NCBI GenBank assembly: GCA_965199855.1
Contig: OZ241326.1
Coordinates: 1,696,001 to 1,760,000 of the forward strand
Length of the DNA stretch: 64,000 bases
Direction of reading: 5' to 3'
Origin: a bacterium
GTDB lineage: Bacteria; UBA8248
The notes beneath the pieces are model-generated. The model was given only the letters and a program-made list of their open reading frames with translations. It made no database searches and was not told where the DNA came from. The translations under genes and the position numbers were made by a program. The first letter of the stretch is position 1; each line of letters opens with the position of its first letter. Positions 9,752-18,824 of this stretch are shown in pieces.

Positions 9752-11389
9752 CTAGAATTTTCGGGATTTCCAGGAATAGAACGCGAGGGCGTCCTCCGCC
9801 CACTGCGCGCAGTTTTCGCTGAAGCGCCGCCAGCGGCTGTTGGCGCACTGGGCGCGAACGGGGTCGGCGTTTCCCTCAGCGATCAGGCCGCTCAGGGGCG
9901 AGAGGTCGAATTCGGCGCGCACCGGCGTTCTGCCGCGCGCCTCGGCGTTGAGGAGGGACAAGAAGCGCGCGAACGCATGGAAGGCGCCGCGAATTTTCTC
10001 GCACAGCCGCTCCGCGCCTCCCGCGTATGCTACCAGGGGGGGAACCAGGGGAGCGTAGCGGTTGAGCTCCATGCCGCCTTCCGTGCGGTTCGTGATGCTG
10101 TCCACGCCGACGACGCCGATGGAATCGTCTGAAAATTCAATCGGGAACAGTCTGGCGTAGAGCGCCTCCACAACCGGGCCCGCGCGGCTGAGCCGAAGAT
10201 GAACGCGGACGCTGAACAGGCCGAAGTCGATCCAGTCGCATACCAGCGGAAGGTAGCGGACGCCGAACAGCTGCTCGTAGTTTTCGATGGCGTCCGCCAG
10301 AAGGCGGATGGCGTCCTTTCGGGGGCGGGAGGCTTCGCGCAGGCGGGTGCCGAGTCCGGGCGCGCAGTCGCGGAGCGTTCGCCGCAGGGCGTCCGGAGAG
10401 GCCGCGCCGGACGCCGAAGGGGCGGCTTCCCGGGTCTTGACGTAGGCTTCCGAGGTGGCCGGGCTGGCGCGGAAGCGGCGCATGAGCCAGTCCAGCGCCC
10501 GGAGGTGGTCGCCGTTTTCCGCGTCGAGCGAGAGGGGAAGGGGCATCGCGCTCTCCGCGGCGACGCCGAGTCTGCTCAAATCCGGAAGCCCGAACCCGTC
10601 GGGATGCGCGTCCAGGCGGAAGCATCCGCGCCCGCCGCCCCCTTCCTGGGGCTTGATGAAGAAGGTTGCGGCTCCCCACCGCTTCGCCAGGGCGGACGCG
10701 GTATCCAGAATGGCGGCGGCCGCGGCCTCAGGCCCTCCTCCGTTCAATTCCACCACCTCGTATCTGGCCGTCAGGCGGCTCCCCCGGCCGTCCTCTGCGG
10801 CGCCTCGCCCGTTCGCGCCGCTTCCGTTCAGAAGTTGATAGGTGGTTTTCTTGTTGGACAGCGGGCCGCCGGGGGCGGTGAGCGGCCCCGGCACGACGAC
10901 GACCCCCCGCGCCTCCAGCACCTGGGCCAGGCTCGCGTCGTAGAGGCTTCGCTGGGCGGCCTGGCTGATGACGAGAAGCTCTCCGGGCGCCTTGGCGGCG
11001 CGCGCCAGAAGCTCTTCGCGCCGGTTCAGCGCCTTGACGGGGATGGAAAGCCCCAGGCGGCTCAGATGCGCGCTCATCACCCGCGCCGTCTCCGCCGTGA
11101 GGGGCAGCCGGCTCGGGGAGCCGTCCAGCAGGAGGATTTCTCCCGGACGCCGACCGGGCGCTTCTTCCCGCTGAATGCGGAGGTCGGTGAATCGGGCGTC
11201 CCGGGACGCCCATTGGTTGAGGCGATCGATCAGGGTCTCGTTCAAATCGCCGGCGTTCGAGTCGAATTCCCGGCTCACGCGGCGCAAATCCCAGACGCCG
11301 CCGCTCGCGTCGGGCGTGAGCCCGTAGAGAGAAGGCTCCCGGTCGATGAGCGCGTGGTGGGCGCGGGCTGGGGTTTTCCGTCGGGCCAC
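9752..11389 (-). CDS. Hypothetical protein, divergent ATP-grasp fold
   Basis: LSNKKTTY, FFIKPQEGGGGRGCFRL (B-loop), AEFDL and IAEGN (E-x-N) in ATP-grasp order; start uncertain (GTG 11389; ORF open to 11452). Confidence 0.55.
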   Translation of the reverse strand: MARRKTPARAHHALIDREPSLYGLTPDASGGVWDLRRVSREFDSNAGDLNETLIDRLNQWASRDARFTDLRIQREEAPGRRPGEILLLDGSPSRLPLTAETARVMSAHLSRLGLSIPVKALNRREELLARAAKAPGELLVISQAAQRSLYDASLAQVLEARGVVVVPGPLTAPGGPLSNKKTTYQLLNGSGANGRGAAEDGRGSRLTARYEVVELNGGGPEAAAAAILDTASALAKRWGAATFFIKPQEGGGGRGCFRLDAHPDGFGLPDLSRLGVAAESAMPLPLSLDAENGDHLRALDWLMRRFRASPATSEAYVKTREAAPSASGAASPDALRRTLRDCAPGLGTRLREASRPRKDAIRLLADAIENYEQLFGVRYLPLVCDWIDFGLFSVRVHLRLSRAGPVVEALYARLFPIEFSDDSIGVVGVDSITNRTEGGMELNRYAPLVPPLVAYAGGAERLCEKIRGAFHAFARFLSLLNAEARGRTPVRAEFDLSPLSGLIAEGNADPVRAQCANSRWRRFSENCAQWAEDALAFYSWKSRKF

Positions 11390-11406
11390 GGCTTCGCTTC
11401 GGATTC

Positions 11407-12576
11407 CTAGATCGTGACTTTGCGCTGGCGCATGAAGTGCTTGACCACCCAATCCGCGATCGCGCCGCCCACGGCCTTCTCGCCGGCGAGGGAGGAGGGG
11501 CTCGGCTCCATGCAGCTCAGGGCGCGTATCCCCGTCATGCGGCGCGCCTCCTCGCGCGCGTCCTCTTCGTTGGCGAGTCTGCCGGAGATGAGCATATTCT
11601 CCTCCTCCACCGCCAGATGGCTGCGGATCCAGTGGACGATGAGCGTCGATTCCAGCGTATCACACGCGCAGACGACCAGGCCCCTGCGCGCGAGCCAGTC
11701 CTTGAGCCAGGGGTCGCTCGCCACGTGAAGGCTGGCGTCCGAACAGGGAGAGTCCGCCAGTTCCGCGATGACGATCTCTCCCTTCGCGCAGGCGTGGCGA
11801 AGCAGGTTCCGCGCGCATCGCCTGGCTTCGTTCCTGAAGACGGCGCAGGTGGAGGGCAGGCCCACGTCCACGAAATCCCACCCGAGTCGCGTGGAATCGA
11901 AAAACCCCAGCTGTCTTCCGTAGTTCACCTGCATCAGATCCCGCATCCGTCCCGTCCCGGTGAGCTTCGCGTATGAGGCGCGGATGCCCGAGGAGTGCAG
12001 GGAGGAGGCGAGAGAGGACGCGCAGGTCGTCTTGCCTACGTCCATCTCGGAGCCGGCGATGAGGACGATGGGCGCGCGCGGGATTCCCTCTTCATCGACG
12101 GGGCATCGGGTGTCGGGGATGACGGGCAGACGGGAGAGCCGGGCGGGCTTCCCGCGCAGCGGGACGCTTCCCTTCACCTCGATTTTCACGCACGGGGCCT
12201 GCGGGCTCCCGCACAGGCCGGAGACGCCGCCAACGTTCAGAAGATCCAGCGCGTCGCCCGGCATGACGGGCGCGTCCGGCTCCCGGCCCGAAATGCTCCG
12301 GTTCGCATACCGCCCGCCGATGGCGACGGCCACGCTCATTTTTTCGCGCAGGCGCACCTCGCTCGTCTTCCACGCTCCCTGCGTTCCGGGGAGGGGCTCC
12401 AGTATCTCCAGGCGATTGACGGGCGCGTTTTCGGGCGCGTCGGTAATCTCGCCCAAGGCGATGCCGCCGGGGGGAACGGGCTGCGGGTCGGACGTGAAAT
12501 CCGCCTGAAACGCATACGGGCTTTCCGGCGAGAGGAACAGGCCGCGGGCGGTGGATGCGAAAAAATCTACTTTCAA
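11407..12576 (-). CDS. DUF1611/DgcN-like P-loop protein
   Basis: GSEMDVGKTT Walker-A-like loop, AKLTGTGRMRD, DFVDVGLPST, ELAD; N-terminal GGRYA..G and LDLLNVGGVSG; TTG start overlaps the upstream stop (TTGA). Confidence 0.65.
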   Translation of the reverse strand: MKVDFFASTARGLFLSPESPYAFQADFTSDPQPVPPGGIALGEITDAPENAPVNRLEILEPLPGTQGAWKTSEVRLREKMSVAVAIGGRYANRSISGREPDAPVMPGDALDLLNVGGVSGLCGSPQAPCVKIEVKGSVPLRGKPARLSRLPVIPDTRCPVDEEGIPRAPIVLIAGSEMDVGKTTCASSLASSLHSSGIRASYAKLTGTGRMRDLMQVNYGRQLGFFDSTRLGWDFVDVGLPSTCAVFRNEARRCARNLLRHACAKGEIVIAELADSPCSDASLHVASDPWLKDWLARRGLVVCACDTLESTLIVHWIRSHLAVEEENMLISGRLANEEDAREEARRMTGIRALSCMEPSPSSLAGEKAVGGAIADWVVKHFMRQRKVTI

Positions 12577-14033
12577 CGCTTCTCCATGTCCCGGGAAGGC
12601 GAAAGAGCGAGATGCCGAGTGAACGCATCTATCATTTCGCGCGCGGAGGAGGATATCTGCGCCTCCCCTCCTTCATGGATGGAGGAAATCCCCTCCAGCT
12701 TGCAGAACGCCCCCCTCGGCTCCACTATCGCCCCTTTCGCCGGGGGAGAGCAAGTGACGAGAACCTCATCGCGCTCCCGAACCTCGTGCAGGCGGGAGCC
12801 TCGCCGGATGAATTCGAGGCTCCCGTTTCTGATGGCGTATACGCCGGGCGTCAGCGAGCGGCCGACCCTCACGCGCGCCGCGCTCGTGTTGCGAAGGATC
12901 AGCTGAAAGCCTGAGAGCTCCGGCTTGTCGAGGTCGGCGAGCAGGCCCCGGCGCTCGTCCATGGAGGCGCCCGGGTCGAGAAATTCGGCCAGATGCCAGT
13001 AGGTGGTGGGGGGGGCGCCGCCGCCCTGGATTTCCTCGAGCTCGGTCATCAGCTGCGTGGTTCCGAGCACGCGCGGGTTCAGCTCCAGGGCGTAGGGCCT
13101 GTCTTGGTGGACGATGAAATCGACGCCGTATATTCCCCGGTAGCCCGCGCCGGCTATCCACTCTCCGATTTTCAGGGTGGCTTCCTCGATTTTCCGCCGA
13201 CTCGCCGGAGAAACCCGCCGCCGATACGCCGCGTAGTCGCTGCCGGCGTAGTCGAAGCGGTGCATGGAGCAGCCGGGAATCCCGGTGAACATCACCGAGG
13301 GGTGGGACATCCAGGGCTTTCCGCCGCGAACGACTCCCGCCGCGCCGACGGCGGGGCCCTCTAGGAATTTGCTCGCTATCACGAGGGCGTCTCGCCCCAG
13401 TTTCTCGATGAGTTCGGCCCGCTTGCGCGAGAGTGCCCCGGGTGAGCCGATGAGGTGCGTCTGGTTGCCCGAGGAGCCGATGCGCTCGGAGACGATCATC
13501 GAGGGCCCGAATTCCTCAAGCTGCCTCGCGCCCAGCTCGCCCAGCGCCGTCGCTTCGCCCGGGGGAACGTCGAGACCGGCTTCGACGGCGCGGAGGCGAA
13601 ACGCTATCTTGTCGTCGAAGCGGGTTTTGATCTTCACCGGATTCGCCAGGACGCGGAGCCCGCCCCCGGCCCGCTCCGCGAGTTCGGCGAGAAATTCCGT
13701 GGAGCGATAGGGGATGACGCATCGCGGGCCCTCTCCTCGCGAGAGGTATTCCCGAATCTCCCGTCCCAGCGCGCCCGCGTATGCCTCCACCAGGGAGGCG
13801 TGCGTCCAGACGATGCGCCTGTTTTGGCCGCGCTCCACGGCGAAGTAGCGCAGGCGTCCGTCCCATTCGGGGCCGTCCAGTCCGTAGTCGCAGGCGATGA
13901 GAAAATCGAGGGGAACGATGTTCTCCACCGTGATGGAATCCGCCGCGCGCAGTCCCTGGAAGCCGAACGTCGCGCCCTCCGGAACGGCGGCGCGCAGCCT
14001 GTCGTAAAGCTCTTCTTTCGCGGGCCGGGCCAA
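12573..14033 (-). CDS. ATP-grasp domain protein (putative amide/peptide ligase)
   Basis: FDDKIAFR, IGSSGNQT, GYRGIYGVDFIV, LELNPR motifs; TTG start with GAAGGA upstream. Confidence 0.8.
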   Translation of the reverse strand: MARPAKEELYDRLRAAVPEGATFGFQGLRAADSITVENIVPLDFLIACDYGLDGPEWDGRLRYFAVERGQNRRIVWTHASLVEAYAGALGREIREYLSRGEGPRCVIPYRSTEFLAELAERAGGGLRVLANPVKIKTRFDDKIAFRLRAVEAGLDVPPGEATALGELGARQLEEFGPSMIVSERIGSSGNQTHLIGSPGALSRKRAELIEKLGRDALVIASKFLEGPAVGAAGVVRGGKPWMSHPSVMFTGIPGCSMHRFDYAGSDYAAYRRRVSPASRRKIEEATLKIGEWIAGAGYRGIYGVDFIVHQDRPYALELNPRVLGTTQLMTELEEIQGGGAPPTTYWHLAEFLDPGASMDERRGLLADLDKPELSGFQLILRNTSAARVRVGRSLTPGVYAIRNGSLEFIRRGSRLHEVRERDEVLVTCSPPAKGAIVEPRGAFCKLEGISSIHEGGEAQISSSAREMIDAFTRHLALSPSRDMEKR

Positions 14034-14090
14034 AAGGCGCGTTCCTTCGTCGGGAGATCGCCCGGAACGTCGGGGCGGCGGAAACGGCTG

Positions 14091-14119
14091 ATTCTAATCC
14101 GGCGGCTTCGCCGCATCAA
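14091..14119 (-). promoter_or_regulatory. sigma70-like promoter for the ATP-grasp operon
   Basis: Minus strand TTGATG-17 nt-TAGAAT, about 60 nt upstream of 14033. Confidence 0.55.
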
Positions 14120-14265
14120 ACGGCGCCCCGATGGTTCGCGGCGGGGGAGGACTCCGGGTGGGGGCTTCCGCGCCGCGCCGCGCCCTGTGATAGGATGCGC
14201 GGCGAACCATTTCCAGGAGCGCGGCGGCGAGGCGCGGAAGCTCGCGAACGCCGGGAGAGGGGCGA

Positions 14266-15180
14266 ATGCCGGAAACGGCTCTTGAGGCGGATGAATGCTC
14301 GGTGATCCCGGCGTCGGAGTCCGGAGGGGAGAAATTCCGGCGAAGCCTGATGCGCTCCAAGCCGGCGGTGCTCGGCGGTGCCTTCCTCGTTCTGCTCGTT
14401 CTCGTTTCTCTCGCCGCTCCCCTCATCGCGCCGCAAAACCCGAAGAAGGTGGACGTGCGCCTGCGCCTCAAGCCTCCCGCGTGGGCGGAGGGGGGAAACG
14501 CGAGCCATCTGCTGGGAACCGACGCGCTGGGCCGCGACGTCCTGAGCCGGCTCATGTACGGCGGGCGCGTCTCCATCGTGGTGGGCCTGAGTTCGGTGGT
14601 GATTTCGGGGGCGATCGGGGTCGTCCTCGGCCTCGTTTCCGGCTTTTTCGGCGGAAAGCTGGACGACCTCATCAGCGGATTCTCCGAAATTCAGCTGGCG
14701 TTTCCCTTCATCCTTCTGGCCATCACCATCATGGCGGTCATCGGGCCGGGGCTGCTCAACATCATTCTGGTGCTGGGCGTCAGCCGGTGGGTGGCATACG
14801 GCCGGGTGGTGAGGGGGCAGGTCATCTCGATTCGGGAGCGCGAATTCATCGAGGCCGCCCGCGCCCTGGGCTACCCTCTCCATCGCGTCCTGTTCATGCA
14901 GGTGCTGCCCAACGCGCTCTCCCCGCTCATCGTCATCGCCACGTTCGCCGTGGCGGGAAACATCATTTCCGAATCCTCGCTGAGCTTCCTGGGGCTCGGC
15001 GTTCCGCCCTCGGTCGTCACCTGGGGGGGAATGCTCTCCGAGGGGCGCGAGTATCTTCGCGGCGCCTGGTGGATGGCGACTTTCCCGGGGTTCGCCATCA
15101 TGGCGACGGTCCTGAGCATCAACCTGCTCGGCGACTGGCTGAGGGACTACATGGACCCCCGCCTCGGCGACGATTTGTAG
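14266..15180 (+). CDS. dppC: Peptide/nickel ABC transporter permease (DppC/OppC-like)
   Basis: HLLGTDALGRDVLSRLMYGGRVS, EAARALG (EAA loop), ESSLSFLGLG, NLLGDWLRD. Confidence 0.9.
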   Translation: MPETALEADECSVIPASESGGEKFRRSLMRSKPAVLGGAFLVLLVLVSLAAPLIAPQNPKKVDVRLRLKPPAWAEGGNASHLLGTDALGRDVLSRLMYGGRVSIVVGLSSVVISGAIGVVLGLVSGFFGGKLDDLISGFSEIQLAFPFILLAITIMAVIGPGLLNIILVLGVSRWVAYGRVVRGQVISIREREFIEAARALGYPLHRVLFMQVLPNALSPLIVIATFAVAGNIISESSLSFLGLGVPPSVVTWGGMLSEGREYLRGAWWMATFPGFAIMATVLSINLLGDWLRDYMDPRLGDDL

Positions 15181-15210
15181 GCTCTTTTCGCTTTCTCGGA
15201 GAAGGACGCG

Positions 15211-16758
15211 ATGAAGAAGGCCCTGCTGTGCGGATTCTGTCTGCTGGCTCTCGCCCTCGCCGCCTGCGGCCGCGAAGCGGGGGAGAAGCCGCTTACGGTT
15301 CTCCTCTCGGTGGAGGCGAACACGCTCGACCCCCATTTCGCCACCTCCACCATCGAGTGGTGCGTCCTGATGAACCTGTTCGACCCGCTCATCCACCGGC
15401 GCGACGACATGACGCTCGAACCGGCGCTCGCCGAGCGCTGGGAGGTGGACGAGACCAGGAAAGTCTGGACGTTTCACCTCCGCAAGGGGGTGAAGTTTCA
15501 CAACGGCGAGCCGTTCGACGCCGAATCCGTGCGATACACTTTCGAGCGGATGCGCGATGAGAGGCTCAGGCCCCGCATCACGGCGGCGCGAAGGATTTTC
15601 CTGGACAGGGTGGAGAAGGCGGACGCCCACACCGTGAGGATTCACACGAAGCGTCCGGTGGCGAACCTGCCGGTGTGGATGGTGAACGCCTTCATGCTGC
15701 CGCCGAAATACTATTCGTCCACGCCTCCGAAGGAGCTGCTGAGAAAGCCCGTGGGCACCGGCCCCTACAGGCTGGTGAAGTGGATCAAGGACGACCGGAT
15801 CGAGATGGAGGCCAACGGCGCCTGGTGGCGGGGCGGGCCGAAGATCGGGCGCGCGGTGTGGCGGCCGGTGCCCGAGGCCTCCGCGCGGATAGCGGAGCTG
15901 GAAACGGGCGGAGCCGACATCATCATGAACATCTCGCCCGATCAGGCGAAAACCATAAAGGCGAGCGCGGACGGCCTTCAGTTCATGGGGGTGCAGGGGG
16001 GGCGGCGGGTGTATATCGGGATTCGCGCCGACCACGGCGCGCTGGGCGATGAGCGCGTTCGCCGGGCGCTGAACTACGCGGTCGATTTCGACGCCATCGC
16101 CAAAAGCGTTCTCCTGGGGCACGGCTCCCGGATGGGCAGCGTCGTGAACGCCCCGAACAGCGCCCCGGACGTGAAGGCGTATCCCCACGATCCCGAAAAG
16201 GCCAGGGCGCTTCTCGCCGAGGCCGGCCTGGAGGATTCGGACGGAGACGGCGTTCTGGAGACGAACGGAGAGCCCTTCGAGCTCAGGCTCGACGTGCCCG
16301 CCGCCAGGTATCTCAAGGGCAAGGAGATAGCCGAATCCGTGGCGGCGAATTTCCGCGCCGTGGGCGTCAAAGTGGAGGTCATTCCCCTGGAATGGTCGGT
16401 TTTTCTCGCCAAGAGAAGAAAGAAGACGCTCGCGCCCCTGTATTTTCACGGGTTCAGCTCCGCCTTCAACGAGGAGCTCGACCTGGGCGCGCTGCGCCCC
16501 GACCTGTTCGCCAACCTCACCGCCTGGCGGAGCGAGGCGTTCATCAGGAACTACGAAAAACTCGGCCAGACGTTCGACCCCGCAGAGCGCAGGCGAATCA
16601 GCTACGCCATGCAGCGCATCGCGCGGGAGGCCAGCCCCTGGGTGTTTCTCTGGAGCCAGTATGATTTTTTCGGCGTCAGCGCGAGAGCCGCGTGGACGCC
16701 GAGGCCGGACGAGAGAATCTATCTGCCCTCCGTCCGTTTGAGGGAAGCGAAGGAATAA
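15211..16758 (+). CDS. Peptide ABC transporter substrate-binding lipoprotein (family 5)
   Basis: Lipobox LAAC; PALAERW..WTFHLRKGVKFHNGEPFDAESV; PVGTGPY; VRRALNYAVD. Confidence 0.9.
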   Translation: MKKALLCGFCLLALALAACGREAGEKPLTVLLSVEANTLDPHFATSTIEWCVLMNLFDPLIHRRDDMTLEPALAERWEVDETRKVWTFHLRKGVKFHNGEPFDAESVRYTFERMRDERLRPRITAARRIFLDRVEKADAHTVRIHTKRPVANLPVWMVNAFMLPPKYYSSTPPKELLRKPVGTGPYRLVKWIKDDRIEMEANGAWWRGGPKIGRAVWRPVPEASARIAELETGGADIIMNISPDQAKTIKASADGLQFMGVQGGRRVYIGIRADHGALGDERVRRALNYAVDFDAIAKSVLLGHGSRMGSVVNAPNSAPDVKAYPHDPEKARALLAEAGLEDSDGDGVLETNGEPFELRLDVPAARYLKGKEIAESVAANFRAVGVKVEVIPLEWSVFLAKRRKKTLAPLYFHGFSSAFNEELDLGALRPDLFANLTAWRSEAFIRNYEKLGQTFDPAERRRISYAMQRIAREASPWVFLWSQYDFFGVSARAAWTPRPDERIYLPSVRLREAKE

Positions 16759-16838
16759 TAAAGGGCGCGCGGGGGCGGGACGTCTCCGTTCGGGGCGGCG
16801 CGCCCGCGCTTCGGGCGGGATGAAGCCGGAGGGCGAGG

Positions 16839-17756
16839 ATGGGCGCCTATCTTTTCAGAAGGCTCGTCAGAGCCGTCGTGGTCGTGGCCGGCGTCAGCTT
16901 CATTTCGTTCGCCGTCCTGTTCCTCTCGGGCGATCCGACGGACACGATGGTGGGCGAGGACTGGACGGTCGAGGAGGTCGGGAATCTCCGCCGGGAGATG
17001 GGCCTGGACAAGCCCTGGTTCGCGCAATATGGGCTGTACGTGAGCCGGGCCGTTCGCGGCGATTTTGGAGAAAGCCTGCGCTACCGCCAGCCCGCGTTCG
17101 AGCTCATCATGGAGCGCCTGCCGGCGACCCTGGAGCTCGCCTTCACGGCGCTCATTCTATCCATCGTCCTGGCGTTTCCCGTGGGGGTCGTGAGCGCGGC
17201 GCGGCGCGGCTCGCCCTACGATCACGGGGGAATGCTCTTCGCGCTCCTGGGCCAGTCCGTCCCCGTTTTCTGGCTCGGCCTGATGCTGATCCTCATCTTC
17301 GGGGTGCATCTGCGGTGGCTGCCGATCAGCGGAAGGAGCGGGTGGGAGCATCTGCTTCTGCCCGCCGCCGCGCTCGCCACCTATTCGATCGCCCGAAACG
17401 CGCGGGTGGTGCGGAGCGCCATGCTGGAGGTTCTGCGGCACGAATACGTGAAGACCGCCCGGGCGAAGGGATTGCCCGAATGGGTCGTCATCAACCTGCA
17501 CGCGCTCAGAAATTCCCTGATTCCGGTGATCACGATCATCGGCCTCGAGTTCGGGCACCTGCTGGGCGGGGCGGTGATCGTCGAGACGATATTCGCCTGG
17601 CCGGGCGTGGGCAGGCTCATGATCCAGGCCGTCTATGCGAAGGATTTCCCCCTCGTGCAGGCTTCGGTGACCATCACCGCGCTGATGTTCGTCTCCCTGA
17701 ACCTCATCGTTGACCTGATGTATTCCGTCCTCGATCCGAGGGTCAGACTGCATTGA
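16839..17756 (+). CDS. dppB: Peptide/nickel ABC transporter permease (DppB/OppB-like)
   Basis: GLDKP..QY, GDFGES, RLPATLEL, TARAKGL, ETIFAWPGVG, DPRVR. Confidence 0.9.
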   Translation: MGAYLFRRLVRAVVVVAGVSFISFAVLFLSGDPTDTMVGEDWTVEEVGNLRREMGLDKPWFAQYGLYVSRAVRGDFGESLRYRQPAFELIMERLPATLELAFTALILSIVLAFPVGVVSAARRGSPYDHGGMLFALLGQSVPVFWLGLMLILIFGVHLRWLPISGRSGWEHLLLPAAALATYSIARNARVVRSAMLEVLRHEYVKTARAKGLPEWVVINLHALRNSLIPVITIIGLEFGHLLGGAVIVETIFAWPGVGRLMIQAVYAKDFPLVQASVTITALMFVSLNLIVDLMYSVLDPRVRLH

Positions 17757-18691
17757 GCGACATCGCGTATTTCTGGACGCCGGAATCCCTCCTGCACGAC
17801 AACGGCCGCCACGTGGAGAGCGTCGAGCGCGCCAGGCGCCTTGCGCCCGACAGGATCGCTCCGCAGGTTCCCTCGCTGAAGAATATGGCGGCCGCGCCCC
17901 ACGACGCCTCCGCGTGGGTGCTGAGGGTGCATGAGGAGGCGCACCACCGGTTCGTGCGCGAATCGTGCGCGAGGGGCCGCTGCGTTCTGGATCAGGGGGA
18001 CACCCGCGCCGGCCCCGGAAGCTACGAGGCCGCGCTCGCCGCCGTGGACGCGGCCCTCAGCGCGGCGGACGCCGTGATGACCGGACAGGCCGACGGCGCC
18101 TTTTGCGCCGCGAGGCCGCCGGGCCACCACGCTCTGCCCCATCAGTCGATGGGCTTCTGCCTGTTCGCCACCGTCTCCATTCTGGCGCGGTATCTGCAGG
18201 AGGAGCACGGCCTGCGAAGAATCGCCGTGGTCGATTGGGACGTGCACCACGGCAACGGCACCCAGCGCGTCTTCTGGCGCGACCCGGACGTGCTCTTCGT
18301 CTCCCTGCATCAGCATCCGCACTATCCGGGGACGGGCCTCGCCGGTGAAGCGGGAGAAGGGGCGGGCGCGGGCAAGACGCTGAACGTTCCCCTCGGGGCG
18401 GGGACGCCGGAGGCGGAATATCTGGCGAAATTCCGGGAGCTCGCGCTCCCCGCCGTCGAGGCGCACGCGCCGGAGGCGATCCTCATCTCGGCGGGCTTCG
18501 ACGCGCATCGCGATGATCCGCTCGGGGGTCTGACGCTGAGCGAGGCGGGATTCGCCGAATTGACCCGATGCGTCAGGGCGCTCTCGGAGGAGGTTTGCGA
18601 AGGGCGCGTCGTCAGCCTGCTCGAGGGCGGGTATGATCTCGACGCCCTGGAGCGCTCCGTCGTATCCCACCTGCGGGCGCTGTCCGCCTGA
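17753..18691 (+). CDS. Histone deacetylase family amidohydrolase
   Basis: RPPGHHA, GFC, DWDVHHGNGTQ, SAGFD, LEGGY; TTG start overlaps the dppB stop. Confidence 0.92.
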   Translation: MSDIAYFWTPESLLHDNGRHVESVERARRLAPDRIAPQVPSLKNMAAAPHDASAWVLRVHEEAHHRFVRESCARGRCVLDQGDTRAGPGSYEAALAAVDAALSAADAVMTGQADGAFCAARPPGHHALPHQSMGFCLFATVSILARYLQEEHGLRRIAVVDWDVHHGNGTQRVFWRDPDVLFVSLHQHPHYPGTGLAGEAGEGAGAGKTLNVPLGAGTPEAEYLAKFRELALPAVEAHAPEAILISAGFDAHRDDPLGGLTLSEAGFAELTRCVRALSEEVCEGRVVSLLEGGYDLDALERSVVSHLRALSA

Positions 18692-18730
18692 TGAGATCTT
18701 GCGGGGTTTTCCGGTGAAATTTCCGGATAT

Positions 18731-18750
18731 TTAGTTGTCTGACTAACTAA
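18731..18750. promoter_or_regulatory. Putative TetR operator
   Basis: AT-rich imperfect palindrome TTAGTT-gtctgact-AACTAA about 75 nt upstream of the TetR gene. Confidence 0.5.
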
Positions 18751-18824
18751 AAAGGTTTAATGTACTCACCTGTCCGGCTTCCGGCCGGCTTCGGGGAGCG
18801 AATGACGCGCGACGGGCGGAGACG

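Noticed and set aside
3341-10132. Long plus-strand ORFs (936 aa and 926 aa)
   Set aside because: Antisense shadows of the cytochrome and transporter genes, expected from high GC and few stop codons; no motifs.
14034-14265. RiPP precursor peptide for the ATP-grasp enzymes (graspetide-like)
   Set aside because: No short ORF with Thr/Ser/Lys and Asp/Glu repeat cores was found by eye here or in the other gaps of the operon.
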